Shown here: positions 1 through 12,522 of the stretch, in pieces
How the letters are laid out: each line of letters starts with the position of its first letter
Position numbering within the stretch: position 1 is the stretch's first letter
Assembly (NCBI GenBank): GCA_964187785.1
Contig: OZ076409.1
Span: 1,922,001 to 1,986,000 of the forward strand
Length of the DNA: 64,000 bases
Direction of reading: 5' to 3'
Origin: Amphiscolops sp. MND2022
Lineage: Eukaryota
Made by a program: the position numbers and the translations under genes
Notes under the pieces: generated by a model
Told to the model about the DNA's origin: nothing
Seen by the model: only the letters and a program-made list of their open reading frames with translations
Databases searched by the model: none

Positions 1-57
1 GTTTGTACGGTTGTTACAGTTGACGATCCTTTGGATACGGTCCGATACCTCTTGCAT

Positions 58-536
58 CCTCGTGTCAACATGCGTGAACTTTTTAAATGTTCTTTAAAGT
101 TGCCACCATCTTTATGATGATTTTCTAAAACGTCTACGGAAACTTCCCATGCGAAAATAATTCACTCTTGTACTCGACTTCCACCAAGCTTTCTAAATTT
201 GGCGGCAATTTCAAGCCTTGAAGTTTCGCTGATTTCATGCAGACGCGGTTCTAATTTTAAATGGGCTGCGTTGCTATCGATTTTACTTCAGTTGCGTAAC
301 AAAATGCATGTTACCGCCATGTTTAGTGTGCTATTTGAGAAACGGCGAACACATCAGTTGAGTACCTGAGAAAACAAAGTCATCGTGTCTGTAATGAAGT
401 GGGTTTCCTTTTCTAATTTAATTGCAGCAATGGAAAATGCAATGTAATGTTACGAGTCTTACCACAGGAACCTCACTGAAATATCTAGGTTCTAAGACTT
501 GCAGCATACGAAAAATTCCAGCAATCTCAACTAGGG
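58..536 (-). mobile_element. Degenerate copy of the CCCTAGTTGAAA-TIR MITE family, inverted relative to 738-1291
   Basis: Reverse-complement similarity to 800-1290 (e.g. tttggcggcaattt vs aaattgccgccaaa; ctttaaagttgcca vs tggcaactttaaag). Ends in tcaactaggg. Confidence 0.6.
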
Positions 537-737
537 CCAATTCGCTAAACACTGTAAATCTCGGCCACTAGTTTGACATCATCCGATAAAACGTTTCCAT
601 TCGCATTGTTTAATATGAGTATGGATAATGCTGTTCATTGTTCCGCCGTGTCGAGCATCATTAAATGGTCAAATTCTGGATTGGAATTTGATTTGAATAG
701 TCAAATTCTGGACGGAACAGACAAACGTTACGCGGTA

Positions 738-1291
738 CCCTAGTTGAAACTGCAGGAACTTTTTACATGCTGCAGACCTGCATGCAGGGTAATTTGTTAT
801 AAAACCTAGAAAATTCAGTGAATTTCGGGTGGTAAATCATGTACAAATACACTGCATTTTCCACTCCTGCAATTAAATTTGAAAATAAATTCCACTACGT
901 TACCGACATAATCACTTTGTATTCACACCTTGTTCTCTCAACTACTCATCTGATGTGATAACTGCTCCTCAAATGGTGCGCTAAACATGACGCTAATTTA
1001 CGGTTTATTTATTATGCGACTGAAGTAAATTTGCATTAAATTGGAGGTATAACTGATAGCAACTTATTTGCTTTTAAAATTATAACTGCTGCTTAATGAA
1101 ACCTGCAAAACTTCAAGGTTTAAAATTGCCGCCAAAACTTTGATGAATCTTTCAAGCAGCTTGATAAAAGTTGAATACAACAGGTAAATATTTTCGCTTG
1201 AAAGTTTCCGTAAGAGTTTTAGAAAATCATAATGAAAGTTGCTGGCAACTTTAAAGTTTATGCAAAAAAGTTCGAGCAATTTCAACAAGGG
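738..1291 (+). mobile_element. MITE with TA flanks (Tc1/mariner-type, non-autonomous)
   Basis: TA|CCCTAGTTGAAACTGC ... GCAATTTCAACAAGGG|TA. A further partial copy lies at about 31250-31443 plus 39453-39640. Confidence 0.65.
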
Positions 1292-1368
1292 TAGTAAATT
1301 ATCGTTTTGAGTTTTCATTAGGATCTTTGGGTGCTTCTATTGCCCTCTATACCACATTGGGAAAAAGG

Positions 1369-1905
1369 AACAAGTCGAGAACGGCCAAAGTCGTCGCTAA
1401 ATCTAAGGCTCAAAATTGTGAAAAAGGGGACCCTTCGGGCTTGGTGGAACTCCAGCTGGTTGCAAAATATTTAAAAAATTGAAGGGGAGTCCTTTGGGGA
1501 CTTGGAAAAATTTCCCCAAAAAAATTTCAAAATGAGATTTTTGAACAGTGTCTCAGTGCCGAAAAATGTAAAAAGGGGGACCCTTTGGGATTTTTTGACA
1601 TCCATTGTGTTGCAAAATGTCGAAAAAAATGAAGGGGGCCCTTTGGTGCTATCCAAAATGTTTCAAAAAAAGTCGCACAGTGCCGAAAAAAGGGCAATCC
1701 TTAGTGTGATTTCGAGGTTCTGGACGTCTGTTTTGTTTTTTCTTTTCGTTTTGGACGCACTTTTGAGGTTCGAGTTGTTGGGGTTCGAAGTTGTTGAGGT
1801 TTGACGTTGTTGAACAAATGAACAAAAAAGTGGACCTTACGTGTCTAAAAAAACTACCCACTGTAAGAGTCGGGCACATTTTCTACTAAAATGCGCCAAC
1901 TAAAA
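1369..1905 (-). mobile_element. Non-autonomous Helentron/HINE-like repeat, family A
   Basis: The family has subterminal IRs AGTCGGCGCT/AGCGCCGACT followed by a short hairpin (AGACG-TTCT-CGTCT at 43023-43036) and T-rich ends, plus internal aaagggggaccc repeats. Related copies at about 42630-43040, 43680-43990, 44650-44935, 46098-46520 and 50330-50746. Confidence 0.55.
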
Positions 1906-1948
1906 ATAATCTAATTTAGTTTCCGTTTTCAATTATTTTTGCATCTAG

Positions 1949-2120
1949 AATTGTTTGAGATTCAACATCGAACAGCCCTGACTCTATTGGACATAGATTT
2001 CAACCAATCAGAATCGAGCAAGAAATGTCTCATCATCACTTTCCTTGCCTCTGACATGCTTACGGAAAATATTTCTCTCTATACGTTCACCTTCTCTTCT
2101 ATGATATACGCTTCTTGGAG
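1949..2120 (+). CDS. Host gene exon (first visible): ...KKCLIITFLASD...MIYASWR
   Basis: tctAG acceptor, open frame and GAG|GTAAAA donor. Phase 2 joins in frame to the exon at 2538. Upstream exon(s) were not identified. Confidence 0.6.
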
Positions 2121-2537
2121 GTAAAAATTGAGTAAATTAAAAAAAATACATCCTTCATCATTTTTTTCTTTTTTTTCTGGTGTGATGAATGATTTCTTTT
2201 TTTTTGGTCAGTATTTTTGAACGAAAAAAGATCAGTGGCTTTCTACATACTAAAAATCCCACTGAAGGATTCCGTTTCATTCGAGGTGTGTTCATTAATT
2301 CGGCATCGCGTCCTGTGTTTAGTTGGCGAGTTCGAACCTCAATAAAGTTGGCATTTTTTGAAGAGAAAACTTTCAAAAGTTGTAACTCCATAGCGAAGTG
2401 TAATTTTAGCTCTTTGGTCTTTTATGCGACGGTTCAAGAATTGATATTGGCATAATTTTCGGTTTTACGTTGGATCTTCAAACGATCCCGAGAGAAGTTG
2501 TAAATGCAGAAATTTACTCAATTTCAAAGGCGTCTAG

Positions 2538-2646
2538 ATATATCTTGGACAACTACAGTCAGAATCAGCACCAATTGATTAATGTTGATCTATTGGTTTA
2601 TCTGAGCGACCAATTAAATGTCAGCAAATTCCCTCCAGATTGCCAA
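2538..2646 (+). CDS. Host gene exon: YILDNY...NVDLLVY...FPPDCQ
   Basis: tctAG acceptor in phase with the previous exon. A GT donor at 2647 avoids the in-frame TAG TGA at 2665-2670. The donor position is inferred. Confidence 0.5.
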
Positions 2647-2705
2647 GTCTTTAAAGACAATAGCTAGTGATGCTTAAACAATTGTATCTATTTATCTCGG
2701 TCAAG

Positions 2706-2738
2706 ATGTTTCAAAACGACAAAAACTCAGCAAAAAAG
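2706..2738 (+). CDS. Possible host micro-exon MFQNDKNSAKK
   Basis: caAG acceptor and AAG|GT donor, phase 0/0, link the 2538 exon to the 6442 exon. An alternative frame is also open, so this is tentative. Confidence 0.3.
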
Positions 2739-3729
2739 GTCTTCTATTTTTTTTGTAAAGAAGTCGGACATTCTGATTCAAAGTTTATCATCAGTTGAAT
2801 TGCATTTAATACACACGAAAATTTTACAAGAAGCAACTATGGTGTAGTGGTTAATACATTTTGTTAGTTTTGAAAAAAATATCGTTGAAAAAAATGCGAT
2901 GCGTCTGTGATTGTTTGAACGCATTTTATCCTTAATCAGAAGCGGTTTCTTGTTGTGATGGGCCCATCAACATTGAATTGAAAACTAACACGTTTTTGGA
3001 TGCATGAAGTCACATGAGCCCATGTTGTTCCATGTGTTTAATCAGAAACCCCGGATTGAACTCCATACAAAACAAACATGTAGATCATAATAACTTTCGA
3101 AGTCTGTCCTGTTGTTTGATGATTTTAAATGATTTGTTTTTGCTTGCGTGGACCATATCATCTCTTACCGCCCAAACTGCGGCGGCGGGGGGGATAAGAC
3201 AGAAGGTTCAAATACCATTATGTCGACATCGTTTGCGTTGAAATTTTGGTCCAATAAAGTTGTTGATGTCGACATAATCCTATGCATCACATTGACTCTC
3301 AGTTAAAAGTTGCTCATTAGATTTAATAGCGGACAAAATTTGTCTTGAACGAGGGGTCTTTTTATACCAGTTTAGCTAGTTCCAAAGGTGAATTTCTGCT
3401 ATTTTGGACAATAATATCAAAAAGTTATGGTACTTTTTTTACCTGAAGTGTCCAAACAGTTGTAGAGACAATCCTCTATGTATATACCTTCATTTAATAT
3501 TTTCTTTATTAGTGAAATAATTTTATTCAAGAACAAAATGTGCTGTCGTGTTGGGGGGATTCCCAACAAGGTGTAACTGGGAGTAAATAGATGATATGGT
3601 CCGCTTGTGTTTCTTTTCATTGAATAACAGATAAATTCCAGGTGATAGATCCGTTAGTTGAACTCAATATGCTAGCAGGGTTAGAAAAGCGTTACAAATG
3701 GTAATGTAGTTTTAAACAACATTGTTTAA

Positions 3730-4587
3730 TTAGGAGTCGGAAAAAATTTTCGACTACTTATGCAATCGTGCTGTTTTTTTTTTTCTCCCGACCTTTTCAT
3801 GAAAATTTCAAATTTCTCAAAAACTGTCCATACGATTTTCACGAAATTTTGCACAGTCATTCTACACCCAAAGGGGCCCCTGCGTGTGCAAAGGCATCAA
3901 AATCGTATGGCTGGGATGTGAGAAACATAGCCAAAATTAGCCCAAAAATGGCCAAAAAACAGCCATTTTTCGACTTTTTTCGATTTTCTCAAAAACTGTC
4001 CATACGATTCGAATGAAATTTTCTACAGTTATTCTACACCAAATTAGAGTCCTATATGTGCAGTGGCATCAAAATCGTATGGCTGGGATGTGAGAAACAT
4101 AGCCAAAATTAGCCCAAAAATGGCCAAAAAACAGTCAGTTTTCGATTTTTTTTCGATTTTCTCAAAAACTGTCCATACGATTCGAATGAAATTTTCTACA
4201 GTTATTCTACACCAAATTAGAGTCCTATATGTGCAGTGGCATCAAAATCGTATGGCTGGGATGTGAGAAACATAGCCAAAATTAGCCCAAAAATGGCCAA
4301 AAAACAGTCAGTTTTCGATTTTTTTTTTCGATTTTCTCAAAAACTGTCCATACGATTCAAACGAAATTTTCTACAGTCATTCTACACCATATTATGGTCC
4401 TTTATGTGCAATTTCATTAAATTCGTATGGCTGAGATGTGCAAAACATAGACAAATTTAGCCCAAAAATGGCCAAAAAAACAGTCATTTTTCGATTTTTT
4501 CACAAACTGTTCATACGATTCGAACGAAAGCGAGTCAGAAGGAAAAAGACTTAAGCCGACTCCTTTACCGCATATGCGGCTCTGGTT
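3730..4587 (+). mobile_element. Helentron/HINE-like repeat, family B, with an internal ~173-bp tandem array
   Basis: Sub-TIRs AGGAGTCGG ... CCGACTCCT followed by the hairpin CCGCATATGCGG. The unit gcatcaaaatcgtatggctgggatgtgag recurs at about 3894, 4066 and 4239. A second copy lies at about 53200-53933. Confidence 0.6.
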
Positions 4588-6441
4588 TCACAAATGGCCG
4601 CCTTAGTCAACGTCACACTTTCTTACCAACGCCCACCGTCTCTGGGCATGCCGAGTCATGCCCTTCGACGACGTATGCCAAATCCACTCTTCCTACGCCC
4701 GCAGTCCTGAGCTTAATTATTGCCGCGTTTCTTATGAGTTTTCGGGGTGAGTTGCGGCCACGGTATTTGAAATCTATCATACGTTTCGTAATACGATCTT
4801 ACGATGATGTCACGCCAGGCGAAGTACGGAGAGTGGTACAATCAAAGCTAAAGTTTAGGCATGATTGTGCCGCGATCGATTCACGAATTGCATGGAGATT
4901 AAACCTGGGTCAGAAAATCTAACCGTGAATTTTATCGTTTGAGAATAGTTCGTTCCCTATAAAGAACTTTATTGAATCCCGTGTGAAATATCCCGTATTG
5001 AAATAGTTGCTAAAATTGACCTCAAAAAATGAGAAAAACATCCTATTTAAAATGAACGAAGTTTCTGAAGAAAAAAAGTAAACAATTTTTTAATAATCAA
5101 AGCATCACTGATTAGACGACAGTCAAAACTTTGAGTCCAGCAACGAATCGCGATGTTTTTTGAAGACGATGACTGAACAAAAGTTCCCCTACCCAGTGTT
5201 GTAAAAAATATATACATAATATTTTTACAGTGAAATGAATGTACTTTATTTTTTCGAGGGTGAAACTAAACTAGTTCTTTAGCAGATGTCTGAACTGAAA
5301 TCTTTCTGCTTGAGAAAAAGATAAGAAAGCAGAACGGAAAAAAAAGAAGAAGCAGTAGTTTTGTGAGGGTCATCGAACAATAGTATTGACCGGTTAAACC
5401 ACTGTTGTACTGGGTTTTCGATACTAAGTCACAGCATAGAACCTGAAAAACATAAACCTGAAAGTAATCTATGCTTATCACAATCAAATATATTATTTTT
5501 CATTCTGATCGTTCGAAAATCCAATTAATTAATAGTTTATGTAACTCAAAGGATAGAATTTTCACAAATAGATCATATTTCATAACTAATGCTTTGCTTT
5601 GCTCCACAAGGAAGCTTCCCGGAATTCTGCAGTCTTATGATTAAAGAATGGAACCCCTGTTAGGTAATGAAGTTTGAAATTCTTAATGATTTTGCTAATT
5701 TCTTAAAACAATTGTTAACTTTTGCAAAATAGGATAGAATTTGAAATTTCACCCGTTTTGTCTACATAGAAAATATTGTAAATTCATTTTTTGAGTCTAA
5801 AGATAAAGCAAATTTTCAAGATTGCCTTATTCACTGACTAATTACACTCGATCAGTTTGAGGTTAACAATGTGTACATGTAAAAAGATAATCAAAAATTC
5901 GAGGTCCCAGGCATATACCCAATCTCAGTAATTGTACTGAAAAAATTTCAGTGAACATTATCGATTTTTCCGGGTAAGCTCTAAGGGCGGCAAAGTCTGA
6001 CTGTTCAATCAATTGGCAGTGGTAATTTGAAGGGCAAATTTAATTTTTTTCTGGGATATGCAAAAGCTCAAAAACTTAGATCCCAAATCAAATGTTTTTC
6101 ATTACATAGAAAGAACTTCAAGGGTAATAATATCCGCAATAATTGCCATCGTTGTTTAAAAAAAAACACGATTGTACACTATGTTAATTATCACGAAATG
6201 TTTATAATAACGCATGAAATAGCGCTTGATACTCAATAGTTTTAGAGAAATTTAACACAAATTTAAACATTAATACCAAAAAGGGGTTTCATTCTTTCAT
6301 CACAAGACTATATATATAATTGGACTCTTTTTTGTCAGCAAAATAAAGATCTTTTATACTTCGAGTTTGATCCAAAAATAGATACTTCAAATTTGGTCTC
6401 AAAAAACGCAAATGGGGGAACAGAAAAAAAATCTATGAAAG

Positions 6442-6637
6442 GTTTTTTTGGCATGGCAACATACTTGTTTACATCACTGCCCTCACCAGTTGATGAATCA
6501 ATTCTTGTTTCTCCAAGATGTCAACCTACAGAGATTCATTGGCCCTTACGACTATGTAGCCAAAACAGATCCCGACACGTTTTTAACACCCGCTTTTTTT
6601 CTGTGGAAATTTCCAGAGTCCGTAGAATTCGTTGCAG
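6442..6637 (+). CDS. Host gene exon with DxD motif: ...QLMNQFLFLQDVNLQRFIGPYDYVAKTDPDTFLTP...EFVAG (copy 1)
   Basis: Strong CAG|GTAAC donor at 6637/6638, in phase with the 40415 exon. YDYxxKTDxDxFLTP is a GT-A-like motif. The 5' boundary is uncertain (6442, 6490 or 6518). Confidence 0.7.
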
Positions 6638-6695
6638 GTAACATTTTAACAATTAAATCACAAGCGGATGAAATATCCCCCTTCAAAGTAATTTT

Positions 6696-7083
6696 CGCTC
6701 TTTTCTGTACCCCCCCCCCACCATCAATTTTTTTTTCAAAATTCAACCTGGTTGAATTCGAAGTGAAGTTTTTCCCATAATAGGATTAACTTCTATTGGA
6801 ATAGTTTTCATTTGAACAAAACATTTTTCACACAATTTGACTGTGAAAATGTTGAAAATTAACCGTTTTCTGTGACTTAAAACAGGAAGTTGTTGAGTTT
6901 TCAACAAGAATGCGTGACTTCATAACTAAAAATAGCGTGAACAAAGTTGGTTCTGAATTCTAAACTGTCATACTGAGAATGAATATAAAAGTAAAGGTTT
7001 CTAATTTAGTTCTAAGTCTTTTTGTTTCAATATTTTCACAAAATATGTTTTAGAAAAAAGGTGGTGGGGGACAGAAAAGAGCC
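6696..7083 (-). mobile_element. Merlin-like MITE (GGCTCTTTTCTGT TIR, 8-bp TSD)
   Basis: TIRs gctcttttctgtacccc / ggggacagaaaagagcc with flanks GTAATTTT/GTCATTTT. Same family as 52368-52789. Confidence 0.65.
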
Positions 7084-7298
7084 GTCATTTTAATTTTAAA
7101 TCAGAGACAGTTTCGAAAAGCAACGGCGGCGAGATTTGGTTCCTCCAAATACTTGGAACATTCGGTCAACTGCAAAAGCTTCAGTTTCTCAGAAAACTTT
7201 TTTGAGATGCTATGAAAGACAGGACCTCGGTGTACGTAAAACTCAAACACGTCAACTTCCCATTATGAAAGAAGGTTTTACTTTTAACTAGGCTAGTC

Positions 7299-7464
7299 AG
7301 TAGTAATCGAATTCCCGTTCCTTATATATAAGAAAAATTTAAGCTCGTAAAACCATTAAAAAATTAATCTTTTTTCACAAAATACCAATCAAACCATCTA
7401 AAAATTAGCCTTTTTTCGCAACTAAAAATTTAACAAAATAAAAATCGATGCACAAATTTTCCAA
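7299..7464 (+). repeat. Polinton left TIR
   Basis: AGTAGTAATCGAATTCCCGTTCCTTATATATAAG... is the reverse complement of the right end. Identity decays after about 150 bp. Confidence 0.93.
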
Positions 7465-7892
7465 AGAAACATTTGTCACAAACCAAAATTGAACTAACCT
7501 CCATCGACGTATAATAGAATTATTACCACATCGTGAAGAAATAATGAATACTTACCAAATGCGTTCAAGTAGAAAACACAAGTGTCCAAATTGAAAACGA
7601 GTTTTTTTCTTCATTTTTACCCATTAAAAAATTACATATAAAAATTGATGAACTCATTTTTCAATATAGATAAATTCACGGATGCGCACAAGTGGACACC
7701 ACAACTGTTGGAAAAATTACCACCATATAAATTTCAAACAGAATTTCACGCACCAGACGGTCGTCTGACCTTGAGGTGCATTCGGAATGCACCAAAATTT
7801 CATTTTTCACTTTTCTCTCTACAGTCACAGCAAACAGCATGGCCGAAGAAATGAAACTGGCAAAGAGACTTTTTCCATTCGGACTTTCACTC

Positions 7893-8450
7893 TTAAACAT
7901 GTAGAGATTACTAATAGATCAGGAAAAAAGCCATAACTCAACGAATATTTGAGTTAGAACAAAGTATAATATACCATTGAAAAGGTCTTGACTAGGGTTA
8001 TCTATCTAGATACAATTCAAAAACCTAGACTGAAACTATACCATCTGAAACTTCGAAAAACCTGAAACCCTTAAACATGTAGAGATTATAGAAGTTCAAC
8101 ATATCACAGTGTATGATACATCATTGGAAAGGTCATAAAAAAGAAATCATAGATGGTGATTATCTCCATGATCGGACATCCTCAGCTGAAACTATACCAT
8201 CTCAAACCTGAAACCCTTAAACATGTAGAGATTATAAAAGTTCAACATATCACAGTGTATGATACATCATTGGAAAGGTCTTGAGTTGGAGATCACAGAT
8301 TTTGAATATTTTCATGATTGGGTACCCACAACTGAAACTATACCATCTCAAACCTGAAACCCTTAAACATGTAGAGATTATAAAAGTTTAAGATATTGCC
8401 ATGTGTGATACATCATTGGAAAGGTCTTGAGTTTCTGATTACAGATTATA
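7893..8450 (+). repeat. Polinton subterminal tandem array, period 146 bp
   Basis: TTAAACATGTAGAGATTA at 7893, 8071, 8217 and 8363. Each unit contains a catcattggaaaggtc-like motif. Confidence 0.85.
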
Positions 8451-8600
8451 AAAATTTTCTTAAATGAAAAATTTATCATTCAAATCTGTGGCAAATTTTA
8501 ATACCTTACCACCACAAAATTAAAATTTTTTTCACCAATTTTTTGAAAAATTATAATTGAAAAATTTTTAATTAGACTATTTTTTCTTTAATAAATAGAA

Positions 8601-11600
8601 ATGGAGAATTGTAGTATTTGTAATTTAAATTATAAAAAAGCTTTCAAGTCTGATCATCTAAAATCAGTAAAACATCTTGAAAAATTAAATCAATATTATT
8701 GTAAAAAATGTAATTTATATATGCCTATCTCAGATAAAAGTTCTCATTTAAATTCAGATGAACATAAAAACCGCATCAATAAAATATGGTGTGAAGATTG
8801 TAGTAAATATATATCTGATACAACAAGACATTTCCAACGTGAAATTCATTTACAAAACCGTCAACAAAACGGTATGCAAAGCCAGCGAAGCTGTATTACA
8901 GATTTCGGTACAGCTTTGCTGCCCTCCGGTAATGGAGTAAAAATAATTGTGAATGAAAACACATACATTAAACTGAAAATAAATCCAACTGAAAATCTTG
9001 AAAACCGTATAAAAGAATTATTAAGTAAAAGGTACTTTCCTCGATTTAAATATCAATTGAGTTATCTTGCTAAATTTTCAAAAATAATCAATGGAGAAGA
9101 AGAAGTATTTAAAAGATGGATAAAATCAGATCTAATATATAATCACACACAACAAGATACTCATAACACATTAATACAGAAATTAGATGATGAACAATTA
9201 GAAGGATCAGGTTTTGTGTTTCAAGAAATAGAAGAAGTTATATTAGGAATATATAAAGTTAATGATATTCAAGCATCTTCATATATTGAGTTACCACCAA
9301 AATATAAAAACAGCCAATCAATAAAAAATAAAAAAAATAATGATCAATTTTGTTTTCTATGGTGTATATTAGCATATTTATTTCCAGTTGAGGATAATAA
9401 AAATATAACATCGAGTTATTCAAAACATTTTGATAAATTCAACCTAGAAGGTTTAGAAATCCCTATGAAAGTCAAAGATATTCCCAAGTTTGAAAATTTA
9501 AATATTGGACTGTGTATAAATGTATTCGAACTCACTGGAACTGTACTAACACCAATCCACGTTAACAAAAATTACTTACAACCACAAATAGATTTATTAT
9601 TATATCAAAATCACTATTGTTTAATAACAAAGTTGCATTGTCTAATAAATAAAGATTCACATATGAAACATGTATGTAGAAGACGTTTAACAGCATTTAG
9701 TTCACAACCAGTTCTAATTGATCATTTGGAAAGATGTATAAAACAACAACCAACTAAAATCACATTCAGTTGGAAGGATCAGTTAAAGTTCGAAGATTAT
9801 CATATGAAAGTCCCTGTACCAATAAGAGTATATGCTGATTTTGAATGTATCAATCAACCTCAAAACACCCCCAACGTGTTATTCAAACAAATTCCAATTG
9901 CAGTAGGATATTATGTAGTTTCACCATTCGGAAATTATTACCATTCATACTTTGGAATAGATTGTACCACGTGGTTTGTAAATAGAATGTTAACTTTAGA
10001 AAAAATTGCAAATAACTATTTTAAAACAAATTTAGAATTAGAAATAACTCCTCAATAGGAAGAATCGTTTCAACCTGCAGAAGAGTGTTGGCTTTGTGAA
10101 AAGCCACTCGGTGGTGAAAAAGTTAGAGATCATGATCATCTAACAGGAAAATACAGAGGAGCAAATCATAATATATGTAACATAAATTGTAAACAAAGGT
10201 CATCAAGTTTTGTTCCTATATTTTTCCACAACTTTTCGGGGTATGATTGTCATCTTATTTTTGAAGAACTCTTAACCGAAGCATACAATCAAAATTATAA
10301 TCCAACGATAATTCCAAAATCACTGGAAAATTATGTTAGTGTACAAGTAGGTTGTTTGAGATTCTTAGATTCATACCGATTTCTTTCTTCCAGTTTAGAT
10401 AAATTAGTTAAGAGTTTAGACAATTTTCCTATCATGAAATTGGAAGGAATGAGTGATGATTTATTCAAAAAGAAATTAGCTTATCCCTATGAATACTTAA
10501 ATCTTGATAACTTTCGGGAACCATTAAATCTAACCAAAGAAGATTATTGGTCAACATTAACACAATCTTATCCATCAGATGATGATATAAAAAGAACCCA
10601 TAAATTATTTGAAAAAAATGAAAGTAAAAATGGAAGAGAATTAACAATGTTATACTTAAAAATGGATGTTCTTCAATTTGCTGATGTATTTGAAAATTTT
10701 GTGGAAAGTTCTACACGAGAATATAAAATTAATCCTTTGTACTCTTATAGTCTACCTGGTTATACATGGAAAGCAGGATTGAAGTTGACTAAAATAAAGT
10801 TAGACTATATAAAAGATACAGCGAAGCTGCCCTCCGGTAACGAATTATTACTACTACTTGAAAATAATATCCGCGGAGGAATTTCAAGTGTAATGGGTAA
10901 TAGGCATGTGCAATCTGATGAAAATAAACAAATCTTATATATTGATGCAAATATTTTGTATGGATGGGCAATGAGTCAATACCTTCCTACTGGAGACTTT
11001 AAAAAGATAAAGCTCTGTTGTGAATATGATTCTGTACTGATGAATGAAATTAAAGAAGACATTTTTAATACACCAGATGATAATGAATATGGATTTTTTA
11101 TAGAATGTGATTTAGAATATCCTGTTGAAATTAAAGAAAAAACAAAAAACTTCCCTTTTTGTCAGTATCAAACAAAAGCAGATCCAAACTTATTCTCAGG
11201 TTATATGAATAATGTAAATCAACCTAATTACAAACCAACATCAAAACTTATATGTGATGTAACCAATAAATCGAAATATATGATACATTATAGGATGTTT
11301 AAGTTTTATCTTAACCAAGGGATGAAAGTAACGAAGATACATACTATTTATAAGTTTAAACAAAGTCCATGGTTAGGTAAATATATCGATCATAATACTC
11401 AGAAACGCACAGTAGCGAAAACAAACTTTGAAAAGGATCTTTATAAATTAATGAATAATGCTTTCTTTGGGAAGACTATGGAAAATGTAAGAGATAGAAC
11501 CAATCTAGAATTCATTGATCATTCTCAAATAGATCAAATAATAAAAAGACAATCCAAGTTAAGTTTCAAAGGAATCATGGATCATTACTCTAAGTTTTGT

Positions 11601-12398
11601 GTGTACAAGTTTGATAAAGAAAAAACAGTCTTTGATAAACCAATTTATTTAGGTTTTACAGTTTTAGAACTATCAAAACTATTAATGTATGAATTTTATT
11701 ATAACAAATTACAACCATATTGGAAACAATCCATACAACTACACTACATGGACACTGATAGTTTTATTCTGAGTTTTGATACAAACCACCAAGAACTAAT
11801 AAACTTTTTACAAGAAAACAAAGATGAATTTGATTTCAGTGAATTACACAAATCTCATGAATTATATGATCCTATTAACAAGAAAGTTATAGGAAAAATG
11901 AAAATTGAAACAAGTCCAGTTTTGGTGTTAGATACCTTCACAGCATTGCGATCAAAGTCATATTCTTTTAGTTATAATAATAATATTAATAATAATAATA
12001 ACATACAAAAAGCGAAACAAAAAGGAATACAAAAAACTCCCAAATGTGGAGAATATCAGAAATCATTGTTTAATTCAGACACATCAAGTTCTACAAATAT
12101 ATCAATTAGATCTAACTTACACAACCTTACAGTTGAAAAACAACCTAAGTTGTGTTTGAATCCTTTTGACGATAAACGTTTGTATATAAATCCAATACAA
12201 AGTTTACCATGGGATAAACACACACAAAAAGGTGATTGTCCATGTAAATATTGTTTGAAATTAATTGGTTTGTATTATAAAGAATTAACCGAAAATAAAA
12301 CAGATGAAGAAATATATTGGAGTGTTTGGTATTGGAAACAAGCACTCACCCATCAACAACTTGTGAAGTTGATAAGTGATCGAGCACATGTTTTATAA
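8601..12398 (+). pseudogene. Protein-primed family B DNA polymerase (pPolB) with N-terminal zinc fingers and an endonuclease VII-like domain; one in-frame TAG at 10056-10058
   Basis: ORFs 8601-10058 and 10356-12398 share a frame and the gap is open (CWLC...VRDHDHLTGKYRG..H..CN). Motifs: YADFE, HNFSGYD, FLDSYRF, IRGG, YIDAN.LYG, KLMNNAFFGK, YMDTDS. Confidence 0.95.
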
Positions 12399-12522
12399 AA
12401 ATAATATTTAATTTTTTATTTATATTTATAATTATTATCATTTTATAAAAATAAATATATTATTTTATAAATTTATTTATCATATCAGCAAAGCTGTATT
12501 AATATATTTAAATTATATTTAT

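Noticed and set aside
3014..3241. Possible host exon (NPGLNSIQ) after an aatcAG acceptor at 3045
   Set aside because: The equivalent motif appears to be supplied by LMNQFLFL in the 6442 exon, and there is no convincing donor. Left unresolved.
3768..4460. Three similar ORFs (ASKSYGWDVRN...)
   Set aside because: Translations of the 173-bp tandem repeat.
4590..4930. GC-richer island with a 62-aa ORF
   Set aside because: No recognisable motif, ends or splice pattern.
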